The notes beneath the pieces were generated by a model, which was given only the letters and a program-made list of their open reading frames with translations, searched no databases and was not told where the DNA came from. Shown piece after piece: positions 9,636 through 18,362 of a stretch of DNA of 64,000 nt. Location of the stretch: NCBI GenBank assembly GCA_049322915.1, contig JBMOPW010000026.1:64001-128000 (forward strand), read 5' to 3'. How positions within the stretch are numbered: position 1 is the first letter of the stretch; every line of letters begins with the position of its first letter. This DNA is from Candidatus Zhuqueibacterota bacterium (GTDB lineage: Bacteria > Zhuqueibacterota > Zhuqueibacteria > Thermofontimicrobiales > Thermofontimicrobiaceae). Made by a program: the position numbers and the translations under genes.

Positions 9636-9845
9636 ATGAAGAAAAGCGAAAAGATTTTGAGCATGAAACAGAACTCAACCAATGATGGTTCATTGTGGTA
9701 TTTATACGCAGCGCTCGAACCTGCGAAATGGTTGAAATGCTATACCGACCTCATTGAACTGAATGAGCGACGGAAACAGGTTGACGGTAAAAAAAATTCC
9801 ACCAACCCACAACACTTCAGAGAGCCGCTTTTCGAATTAAAGTAA
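9636..9845 (+). CDS. Small hypothetical protein (69 aa; alternative start 9621)
   Basis: GGAG RBS before ATG 9636; has its own promoter array upstream. Confidence 0.6.
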   Translation: MKKSEKILSMKQNSTNDGSLWYLYAALEPAKWLKCYTDLIELNERRKQVDGKKNSTNPQHFREPLFELK

Positions 9846-10177
9846 TCTTCTGGATGCATCTATCAAAGGATACTTTTCCAACAATTTGTAAAAACAGAGG
9901 CGCAATCAACTTGTGATGTGGCATTAACATTTTTGTGGACAACTTGTGGATAAGTTGGTAAAAGATAAGTTTTTCTTTTGTCATGGCTTTGTAATACAAA
10001 TGCAATTATTTAATCTTTTAAAAAATAGTCAATTATAAAACAGGGGGTTCCTGAGAACCTGTGGCGATCAAACAGCAGCGATAATCCTGGGTGTGAATTA
10101 GTGGGTTTATCCCATGAAAAAATCGAGTCATAGGACGGTCAGGTGCATTGTGGAACATGCAGGGAATCGATATTCGG

Positions 10178-11401
10178 TCACTGCACAAGGCTGAAGACGA
10201 AGCGGGAATTGAGTCGGTTGTAGTGGATTTTTATTTTGCCAAATTGAATTTCCACGTAACGACGATCCACAAACCGGAGTTCCCCGGCGAACTCATCGAT
10301 GAGTTGCAGCGCCTGGGGAGTGCCATTGTACGATTCGCCCAGTTCACTGATCATCTCCATCAATTTGGATTTGTAGCGCTCGCCGCGGGCCAGAAATTTC
10401 AGAACAGCTTCAGGAGATAGCCGGTCGATCTCAATCGATTCGCCGAACCCGCTCAGATTGAGCGCCATCCCGTTGATTTTTTGTTCAATATCATTCAACT
10501 TGGGGAATGCCAGGATTGGCTTGCCGAGGTAAATGGCCTCGCCAATCACCTGATTGCCGGCCGTGCAAATCAATCCGCGGGATGTAGCCAGCGACGAAAT
10601 GAATTTTTCCGGATGAATATGGATGAGCTTAATATGTCGGCATCGTGTTGGCTTTGTCTTCAGAGACGACCAGTCTGAAAAAACTTCGAAACGGATATGG
10701 CTCAATTGCTGAATGACCGGCAAAAGCTTCTGCAGATAAAACGGCTCTTTCAAATACACGGTAATGTGATTCCGCTCCTCGGGAGTGGTGTTTTGAACAG
10801 CGTCGGAAAGAAATGGCCCGACAAAAACCGCGCGACTGTCGCGAAGCTTCGGGAAATGAAAGAACGAGCTGGTCACAATTCGATCCGGTTTCGCTGACAG
10901 GATTCTGATAAACAGCTTGAACAAACTGAGTTTCACCCGGTTGCGGATGGATGTCATTGGGGGAATTTCCGATTCGAGCAACATGTGCTGATGATCGATC
11001 AGGATGACCGGAATTTTCTGGACATTGGCAATTTTCAATAAATAGGGCTCGAAGTCGCTGATGATGAAATCCGGATTTTGAAAGAGAACCTCCTGGTAAA
11101 TTTGCCGGTATTTTTTCCCAAGCCCGAAGATGAGTCCCCAGAAGAGCGAAAAGTTTTTGACGGAAATTTTCCACAGATTGATCCCGCCTTTTTTCCCGGT
11201 ATACAATCGGAATGTGGGGATTTGGATGGACGGAATGCTGTTATAGTTCAACAGCGGAAGGGCATCACCGCCGCCAAATACAAGCACTTCATGTCCGGCA
11301 TTTTTTAATTGTTTGATTATTTGAATGCTGCGGGAGGTATGGCCCCGGCCTTCGCCCTGAATTCCGTAGACAATTTTCTTTGGCGTGTCAGTAGTTAGCA
11401 T
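10178..11401 (-). CDS. Glycosyltransferase, MJ1255/VC2487 (GT-B) family
   Basis: GEGRGHTSR, SDFEP, IDHQH, TAGNQVIGEA, EQKING. Confidence 0.88.
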   Translation of the reverse strand: MLTTDTPKKIVYGIQGEGRGHTSRSIQIIKQLKNAGHEVLVFGGGDALPLLNYNSIPSIQIPTFRLYTGKKGGINLWKISVKNFSLFWGLIFGLGKKYRQIYQEVLFQNPDFIISDFEPYLLKIANVQKIPVILIDHQHMLLESEIPPMTSIRNRVKLSLFKLFIRILSAKPDRIVTSSFFHFPKLRDSRAVFVGPFLSDAVQNTTPEERNHITVYLKEPFYLQKLLPVIQQLSHIRFEVFSDWSSLKTKPTRCRHIKLIHIHPEKFISSLATSRGLICTAGNQVIGEAIYLGKPILAFPKLNDIEQKINGMALNLSGFGESIEIDRLSPEAVLKFLARGERYKSKLMEMISELGESYNGTPQALQLIDEFAGELRFVDRRYVEIQFGKIKIHYNRLNSRFVFSLVQ

Positions 11402-11552
11402 ATCAGAACCTGTTTTCCAGTGGTGTAAAGTATGTCAGTATCGAATACGTGTATTGGCCTCGCCGACTGGCACCGAATCATGGCCACGGATGCCGCCGCA
11501 TACAGTCGCCGGCGCCCTGACGCCTGGTTGGCCGGCGTCAGCATTACATGAG

Positions 11553-11744
11553 TTAGAGCAGGTGAAACCAGAAAAAATTATCAGCCGCCAGGCTGCTGCT
11601 GCCAATGTCAGGGCGCAGGTCATTGCCGGGCTCGTTGCCTTCGGCTGACCTCTCCAGCTTGCGTTTTGCCGATAACAGCAACCGGCGCTGAAACTGATTT
11701 ATTTTCAGGGATTGTTTCGATAAATCCGATGATGGTCTGTTCAT
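11553..11744 (-). CDS. Small hypothetical protein (63 aa)
   Basis: AAGAGG RBS before MNRPSS; lies between the promoter array and the GT gene. Confidence 0.5.
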   Translation of the reverse strand: MNRPSSDLSKQSLKINQFQRRLLLSAKRKLERSAEGNEPGNDLRPDIGSSSLAADNFFWFHLL

Positions 11745-11807
11745 GGATTTTCCTCTTTTTCTTTCACAGTCAAACACAAATTGGATCGATGAATGAAGCG
11801 TTGATAC

Positions 11808-11862
11808 ATGGTAAAAAAACAAGGTTAACTCTATGTTGACTCCATTTTACAATCGTATGAAC
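11808..11862 (-). promoter_or_regulatory. Pho-box-like array plus -10
   Basis: Minus strand GTTCAT, TGTAAA, GTCAAC, GTTAAC at 11-bp period, then 10 bp, then TACCAT (11813-11808). Confidence 0.6.
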
Positions 11863-11871
11863 TAAAATTGA

Positions 11872-11926
11872 ATTCACGGAAACTTAAAGATTTTGTAACC
11901 TGGAATTCATGCATTTCTGGCATATT
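11872..11926 (+). promoter_or_regulatory. Pho-box-like array plus -10
   Basis: ATTCAC(11872), CTTAAA(11883), TGTAAC(11894), ATTCAT(11905), then 10 bp, then CATATT (11921). Confidence 0.6.
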
Positions 11927-11934
11927 GATGCTTC

Positions 11935-12771
11935 ATGAGGAATAAAAAAGATAGCATTAGGAAAAGGGTTGTGCAGACTTCATCGAATCAGATTAACAGA
12001 ATCCAGCGTTTGGTCATAAACGTCTTGCTGCTTTTTGGGGGGCGTCTCATAAAAGTCGAGAATGCGTCCCGATTCACATCGCCCGAAGACCCGGTCATCT
12101 ATGCCTTCAATCATAACAATGCGTTTGAGACGGTATTAATCCCGGCCTACCTGATACGTGCCCGCCGTTGGAAAAAGGTGAGTTTCATCATCGATTGGAT
12201 GTACGGAAAAATTCCGCTCGTGGGTTGGTTCTGCCGTCAGACCGAGCCGGTCTATGTGTATAACAAACGCGCTAGGTTTAAACTGTACGAGCGCTTTCGG
12301 CTTCAGCATCGCAGCGAGGATGTATTCGTGAAAATCATAGAAAAACTGAACCAACAGCGGAGCATTGGAATTTTCCCTGAAGGAAAAAGAAACAAGAATC
12401 CGTACATCTTGCGACGGGGATTCAACGGCGTGGGGTATATCGCCCTGATGGCCAAAGCGCCGGTGATCCCGGTGGGAATAGAATTTCAGTCGAGTCGCAA
12501 GAAGGGCAAAATGCCTGGCGTCGGTCGATTTATCTTGCGCGTTGGTGAACCGAGGATTTTCGCGCAGGCAATTCACCAGGTCGAGCAAATTGAACGGGAT
12601 GATTCAATCGATCCGCACGCGAAAAAGAAACTCATCCATTTTCATGCAAGTGAAGTGACCTATCACATCATGATGGACATCAGTAGACTGTCGCGAAAAG
12701 AATATCCATATCTCGCTCCATCATTGGCGGAAAATTTTGAAAAACATATCTTTTCAGAAATTATGAGGTGA
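11935..12771 (+). CDS. PlsC-family lysophospholipid acyltransferase
   Basis: NHNNAFE (HX4E variant), IFPEGKR, PVIPVGI. Confidence 0.85.
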   Translation: MRNKKDSIRKRVVQTSSNQINRIQRLVINVLLLFGGRLIKVENASRFTSPEDPVIYAFNHNNAFETVLIPAYLIRARRWKKVSFIIDWMYGKIPLVGWFCRQTEPVYVYNKRARFKLYERFRLQHRSEDVFVKIIEKLNQQRSIGIFPEGKRNKNPYILRRGFNGVGYIALMAKAPVIPVGIEFQSSRKKGKMPGVGRFILRVGEPRIFAQAIHQVEQIERDDSIDPHAKKKLIHFHASEVTYHIMMDISRLSRKEYPYLAPSLAENFEKHIFSEIMR

Positions 12772-12774
12772 GCC

Positions 12775-13434
12775 ATGGCAAAAATTACAGTTGTCAAGAT
12801 TCTCAATTCGGAGACCCGAAAGAAGGCGTTTGAGGTCATCGAACAGGTGTATCTGCAGGAGAAGAACTGGATTTATTCCGTTCAGAATGAAATCCCGGAA
12901 GACGTTGCCACCAACGAACGGTATTCCTGGTTTCTCGCGTCGGTCAATGGAAAGCCGGCCGGCGTGCTGCGTCTTTATTACGATCCGCCACTGGAATTTC
13001 CGGCGGACTTCAAGGTGACGTTGCACAGGGATGTGGATCTGAAGGCTTTTGCTGCGACGTGCCGATTCGTTGAAATTGGCCGGTTCATGATTCTCAGGGA
13101 ATATCGGAAAAAAATATTGGTCGCACTCCGACTCATGCGCATTGCAATTCGGGAAGTGGTGCAGCGCGACTACACTCATTTCATCACCGATGTTTTTGAA
13201 AATGAACCGAACTCGCCCCTGCAATTTCACACCAGGGTGCTGGGATTTGAAGTCATTGGCACCCATCTCCATGGCGAATTGAATTGCAGTCTGACAAGGA
13301 TTATTCTGACGCTGGATATTTTAAAAGCGTATCAGCGGCTGCGGGAGCGAAACAACAGAATTTACTGGAGTCTCACCCGGGGTATTCGTGGCGCGCTGAA
13401 CAAGAAACTGGCTGCTCAGGTGAAACCTGTATGA
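12775..13434 (+). CDS. GNAT-fold N-acyltransferase (N-acyl amino acid synthase / FeeM-like)
   Basis: VYLQEKNW, GVLRL, VEIGRFMILREYR, LGF; starts 3 bp after the acyltransferase. Confidence 0.7.
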   Translation: MAKITVVKILNSETRKKAFEVIEQVYLQEKNWIYSVQNEIPEDVATNERYSWFLASVNGKPAGVLRLYYDPPLEFPADFKVTLHRDVDLKAFAATCRFVEIGRFMILREYRKKILVALRLMRIAIREVVQRDYTHFITDVFENEPNSPLQFHTRVLGFEVIGTHLHGELNCSLTRIILTLDILKAYQRLRERNNRIYWSLTRGIRGALNKKLAAQVKPV

Positions 13435-13539
13435 TCGTTGATGCTATTTCAAAAGAAGATTTTATAAAAATTGGAACTCATTATGGTTACAATGGTATGA
13501 TGCCATATATTTTATCAATTCAACTTTAGGTGAAATTAA

Positions 13540-14925
13540 ATGAAAAATAAACTTCAGGAATTGTTGTATGCAATTGTTTTGGGAATGATGCTGAATTTCA
13601 CGGCGGCCGGTCTGGCGAATGGAGCCGGAATTCCCAAAAACATCATCATTATGATCGGCGATGGCTGCGGCTACAATCATGTAGTCGCCACGAATTACTA
13701 TCAAACTGGCGAAGCCGGGGCGCAGGTTTATGAGAAATTTCCTGTCACGCTTGGTATGAGCACCTATTCGGCCAGCGGCGATGGATATGATCCGACAAAG
13801 GCATGGACTGATTTTAGTTATGTGACGCATCGACCCACTGATTCGGCGGCTGCGGCAACGGCAATGTCCACCGGTGTGAAGACGAACAATGGAGCGATTG
13901 GCGTCGATGAAAAAAAACATCGGCTGGAACATTTGGTCGAGCATCTGGAGAAATTCGGAAAATCAAGCGGGGTCGTCACCACCGTGATGTTTTCGCACGC
14001 GACCCCGGCCGGTTTCATTGCGCATCAGGAACGCCGCGATCAATACTCTGACATCGCCCGCGAGATGATTCTGGATAGTCCGCTGGAAGTGATCATGGGC
14101 TGTGGCCATCCGCATTACGATGACAATGGCCGTCTGCTGGAACAGGCCAAATTCGACTACACCTACGTCGGCGGCGATGACGTCTGGCAGGCGCTGAAGC
14201 AGGGCAGAGTGGAGTCCGATTCAGATACCGATGGTGTGAAAGACACGTGGCATCTCATCGAGACGCGGCAGGAATTTCTTGCGCTCGGATCCGGGGACAC
14301 GCCAAAGCGCGTGATCGGAGTACCCCGGGTGAGGATGACCCTGCAGCACGAACGCGCCGGCAATAAAAAGACAGAGCCGTTTGTCGATCCCCTGGTTCAG
14401 GACGTTCCCACTTTACCGGAGATGACGGCGGCAGCGCTGAATATTCTGGACAATGACGCTGATGGATTTTTTCTGCTCATCGAAGGAGGCGCAATCGATT
14501 GGGCTGGCCATGAAAATAACTCCGGCCGCATGATCGAAGAGACCATCGATTTCAACAAAGCGGTCGATGCGGTCGTCGCCTGGATTAACGAATCCAGCTC
14601 GTGGGATCAAACCCTGCTCGTAGTCACCGCTGATCATGAAACCGGTTACCTCACCGGCCCGGGATCTGGCGAACAGGACAAAATGGGCGATAGCGCGGTG
14701 AAACCGATCTGGAATCCGATAGTGAACAACGGCCAGGGCAAGTTGCCGGGACTGGAATGGCATATCACCAAACATACGAACTCACTGGTGCCATTCTATT
14801 CGAAAGGAGCCGGGTGCGAATTATTTTTGAAGTATGCTGATGAAACTGATGCAGTCTGCGGCGCCTACCTGAATAACATTGAAATTGCTCAGGCCATTTT
14901 CGCTCTTTTTCCAACGGCTCAATAA
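13540..14925 (+). CDS. phoA: Alkaline phosphatase (PhoA family)
   Basis: Signal peptide; IGDG, TDSAAAATA, HATPA, EGGAIDWAGH, TADHETG. Confidence 0.92.
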   Translation: MKNKLQELLYAIVLGMMLNFTAAGLANGAGIPKNIIIMIGDGCGYNHVVATNYYQTGEAGAQVYEKFPVTLGMSTYSASGDGYDPTKAWTDFSYVTHRPTDSAAAATAMSTGVKTNNGAIGVDEKKHRLEHLVEHLEKFGKSSGVVTTVMFSHATPAGFIAHQERRDQYSDIAREMILDSPLEVIMGCGHPHYDDNGRLLEQAKFDYTYVGGDDVWQALKQGRVESDSDTDGVKDTWHLIETRQEFLALGSGDTPKRVIGVPRVRMTLQHERAGNKKTEPFVDPLVQDVPTLPEMTAAALNILDNDADGFFLLIEGGAIDWAGHENNSGRMIEETIDFNKAVDAVVAWINESSSWDQTLLVVTADHETGYLTGPGSGEQDKMGDSAVKPIWNPIVNNGQGKLPGLEWHITKHTNSLVPFYSKGAGCELFLKYADETDAVCGAYLNNIEIAQAIFALFPTAQ

Positions 14926-15041
14926 GATGAAATTTTAAATTCACTGGAACATTCGCTGTTTGACTTCGTAATTCGAGCATTATCAAAACGAACAACTGTG
15001 ATTCTGTTATGCGAGGTAGACAGAGGATGAAAGGAGATCCC

Positions 15042-17267
15042 ATGCGTTTTATTCGAGGCTTGATCTTTGTGTCATTTTTAATGATTCAGACGGCGGTTTC
15101 GGTCGCCGGAACGATTCATGGATTTGTTCGGGAAAAAGATTCCAAAGAACCAATCATCATGAGCAATGTATGGCTCAAGGACACGACCATTGGAACAACC
15201 ACCAATATGAAAGGCTATTATGTGCTTTCATCGTTGCAGCCGGGTTCCTACGAAATATGTATTCGCTATATCGGCTATAAACCGGTTTCGAGGACAATCA
15301 CTATTGCGACGGGCGATGACATCGAACTGGATGTGTATCTGGAACCGGAAGCCCTTGAAATTGAGGAAGTGGTGGTGTCTGCAGAACGGGATAAACGGGA
15401 ACTGGACGTCCAGACCAGTCAGGTGACGGTGAGTGTGCCGCAAATTCGGGCGATCCCGCAGGTGGCAGAACCGGACTTATTCCGATCTCTGCAATTGCTG
15501 CCCGGTGTGGCGACGCTGTCCGATTTCTCCGCCGGGCTGTACGTCCGCGGCGGCAGCGCGGATCAAAACCTCATTTTATTGGATCACATTGACGTGTACA
15601 ATCCCAACCATATGTTCGGCTTTTTCAGTTCATTCAATACCGATGCCATAAAATCGGTCGAGCTCATCAAAGGAGGGTTTCCGGCAGCGTACGGCGGTCG
15701 GTTGTCATCCGTGCTGGACGTGGTGAATAAAGAAGGGAACCGCCAGGAGTTTCAGGGGGTGGCGCGACTGAGTCTGCTCAGCGCCACAACAACGCTGGAA
15801 GGACCGTGGAAAAAAGGATCGTGGATGGTTTCCGGGCGGAGGACCTATCTGGATATCGCCTCGAAAATCGTCGATTTCGATCTGCCGTATTATTTTTACG
15901 ATGGCCATGCGAAAATCAATTTCGATATAGACAAGAATAATCAGGCCAGCCTCAGTTTCTATGCCGGCAATGACGTCCTGGATTTGTCGCGCGAAAGCAC
16001 AGACATCATGCTGGACTGGGGAAATAAGACCTTCTCCGCGCAATGGACTCATCTGTTTTCCAGCAAAATGTTTTCGCATTTTGTGTTCGCCGGCAGCCGC
16101 TTCGATAGCGACACCGAGGTGAAGTTTGATGAAATTTCCTTTGGCACGACCAATCAGGTGCGTGATCTGGCGTTGAAGGGGTCTGTGACCTATTCGCCTT
16201 CAAATCGCCACTACATGGATTTTGGATTTGAAACGAAATATTTGAATTTTGATTTGAATTATAGCATTGTGGATACAAAGTATCTGAACAATTTCACCGG
16301 CTATTATTCGAGTCTCTTTTTCCAGGATAATTACAAGCTATCGCCGTTCTTCATTTTGCAGACCGGCTTGCGGCTCGATAATTACTCCGATGGCGGCTAC
16401 ACCCGACTGGATCCGCGCGTGTCCCTGAAACGATTGATTTCGGACCAGTTCAATTTCACGGTGACCTTCGGCCGCTACCACCAATTTTTGAATCTGGTGC
16501 AGATGGAAGGCATGAGCTTCGCCGATATGTGGTTCCCGGTCGATGAAACATTCACCCCGGGCAAAGCTGACCATTATATCGTCAGCTTGAATTATGACAA
16601 CCGGCAATCATTCTCCTTCACGCTGGATGCTTATTATAAAGATTATACGAACATCGCTGAATACCGCTCGCCGGAAATGCGGGGCGCCGACGAGACGCTG
16701 GAGAATCAGACTGCGGCGCAGAATTTTTTGAAAGGACAGGGCAAGGCCTACGGATTTGATACCCTCATCCGAAATAACATCTGGGGATTCGAGGGCTGGA
16801 TCGGCTATTCTCTGTGTTTCACCAAAAAGCAGGTGGATGACTATAATTTCGGCCTGGAATATTATCCCACTTACGACCGACGCCACACTATTACAACCAT
16901 TCAGGATTACCGGTTGAGCCGAAAATGGCGCATGAACTTCGCGTTCAAATACGGGTCAGGTCAGCCATACACCGAAGCCACAGCGCGGTACGCCGTCATC
17001 GATCCGGCCGGCCGACTTCATTACGAAGCTCTCGATGGTGAAAAGAACAAGTATCGACTGCCGGCCTATCATCGCCTGGACGTGGGACTTTTTTATAACA
17101 CCACCTGGTTCAAGCTGCCGGTCGAAATTTTCATCCAGGCCGTGAATGTGTATAACCGTGACAATGTGTGGTATCGCATCTACAATGTGGCGGATAATCC
17201 GGCGACAGTCGAGGAGATTACCATGATCCCGTTCGTGCCGACCGCCGGCTTTTCGATTCACTTTTGA
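15042..17267 (+). CDS. TonB-dependent receptor with N-terminal carboxypeptidase-regulatory-like domain
   Basis: LPGV, VRGGSADQN, KGGFPAAYGGRLSSV, RLPAYHRLD; C-terminal Phe. Confidence 0.92.
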   Translation: MRFIRGLIFVSFLMIQTAVSVAGTIHGFVREKDSKEPIIMSNVWLKDTTIGTTTNMKGYYVLSSLQPGSYEICIRYIGYKPVSRTITIATGDDIELDVYLEPEALEIEEVVVSAERDKRELDVQTSQVTVSVPQIRAIPQVAEPDLFRSLQLLPGVATLSDFSAGLYVRGGSADQNLILLDHIDVYNPNHMFGFFSSFNTDAIKSVELIKGGFPAAYGGRLSSVLDVVNKEGNRQEFQGVARLSLLSATTTLEGPWKKGSWMVSGRRTYLDIASKIVDFDLPYYFYDGHAKINFDIDKNNQASLSFYAGNDVLDLSRESTDIMLDWGNKTFSAQWTHLFSSKMFSHFVFAGSRFDSDTEVKFDEISFGTTNQVRDLALKGSVTYSPSNRHYMDFGFETKYLNFDLNYSIVDTKYLNNFTGYYSSLFFQDNYKLSPFFILQTGLRLDNYSDGGYTRLDPRVSLKRLISDQFNFTVTFGRYHQFLNLVQMEGMSFADMWFPVDETFTPGKADHYIVSLNYDNRQSFSFTLDAYYKDYTNIAEYRSPEMRGADETLENQTAAQNFLKGQGKAYGFDTLIRNNIWGFEGWIGYSLCFTKKQVDDYNFGLEYYPTYDRRHTITTIQDYRLSRKWRMNFAFKYGSGQPYTEATARYAVIDPAGRLHYEALDGEKNKYRLPAYHRLDVGLFYNTTWFKLPVEIFIQAVNVYNRDNVWYRIYNVADNPATVEEITMIPFVPTAGFSIHF

Positions 17268-17396
17268 TTCGGGCGCGCCCGAACTCGGCGAGACAGACTC
17301 AACGACGCAATGCGCGTTCGTCCCTTGCGAAATCGTGATGTTGCGACAGGGCAGAGTAACACTGAAAATAGAAACGATCATTTTGAGGAATAGACT

Positions 17397-18287
17397 ATGA
17401 AATATCGAACCCTTTTTCTTCTGCTGATTGGTTATGTGTTGATTGGCAGTATGAGCTGCGAGAAGAACCCGGCAAAACCGGGCTATCAGAAAGAGGTGAG
17501 CGTATTCGGATTTCTATGGGGGAATACAGCGCTCACGCCTGAACATGCAATTTTGATTACCCACTCCCAGCCGATTGATGATTATTATGATGTGAACGAA
17601 GCAGCCATTTCAAATACGCTGGTGACCGTCACTGATGAAAACAGTGGGCGCACCTACTTCCTGAAAGAGGTCGCCGGAAAGCCGGGTTTCTATTACAACG
17701 ACAGCCTTTTCGTCACGCCAAAGACGACCTATCTCCTTCGGGTATTCCTGGACGACCGCGAAGTAACCGCCTACACAACGGTTCCGCCGGAGTTGAAAAT
17801 GACCACTGCGCTGAAAATTGACGAAGTGAATTACGTGTATCGGGATAATCTCGGATTTGAAAAGCCGGTGACGCTCGAAACGGAGAATGCCAATCAGATC
17901 ATTAAGGTGGAAATGTTCTGCAACGAAACCTATGACAAAGCCGAGTATATTTACCCATTCACAAATGATCATAAATTCCCGGAAGATCAGGATGAATATG
18001 ACCAGGGCGCTAACGCTGAGCCGAGGCATATTCAGACATTGGTGAATTACCGAGACCTTATCTCCAGTCAGTTCCCGGGACATGTGGTGTACTGGTACTC
18101 CTCAATGATTGTGTTCTATGGCTCCAACACCATGCAGATACTGGCTATTGACGATAATTACCACAATTATTTCCACATGGAACACCCTGAACTCAACGGT
18201 GGAATCAATGGCGGGATCGGTGTGTTTGGTTCGGTGTGCGGACAGAAATTCGATCTATTTGTGATGAAGGATTCAGGTGGATTATAA
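17397..18287 (+). CDS. DUF4249-like lipoprotein partnered with the TBDR
   Basis: Lipobox SMSC; C-terminal NGGIGVFGS. Confidence 0.75.
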   Translation: MKYRTLFLLLIGYVLIGSMSCEKNPAKPGYQKEVSVFGFLWGNTALTPEHAILITHSQPIDDYYDVNEAAISNTLVTVTDENSGRTYFLKEVAGKPGFYYNDSLFVTPKTTYLLRVFLDDREVTAYTTVPPELKMTTALKIDEVNYVYRDNLGFEKPVTLETENANQIIKVEMFCNETYDKAEYIYPFTNDHKFPEDQDEYDQGANAEPRHIQTLVNYRDLISSQFPGHVVYWYSSMIVFYGSNTMQILAIDDNYHNYFHMEHPELNGGINGGIGVFGSVCGQKFDLFVMKDSGGL

Positions 18288-18362
18288 GCTTTAATTACCT
18301 GGTGACTTTTTTCAATGCAAGGCTTTTTATGTAGAGTGCAAACTCTTACAGTTAGTATCCGG

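Noticed and set aside
13463..13511. Pho-like array directly before phoA
   Set aside because: Only partial periodicity; phoA may be read from the 11872-11926 promoter.
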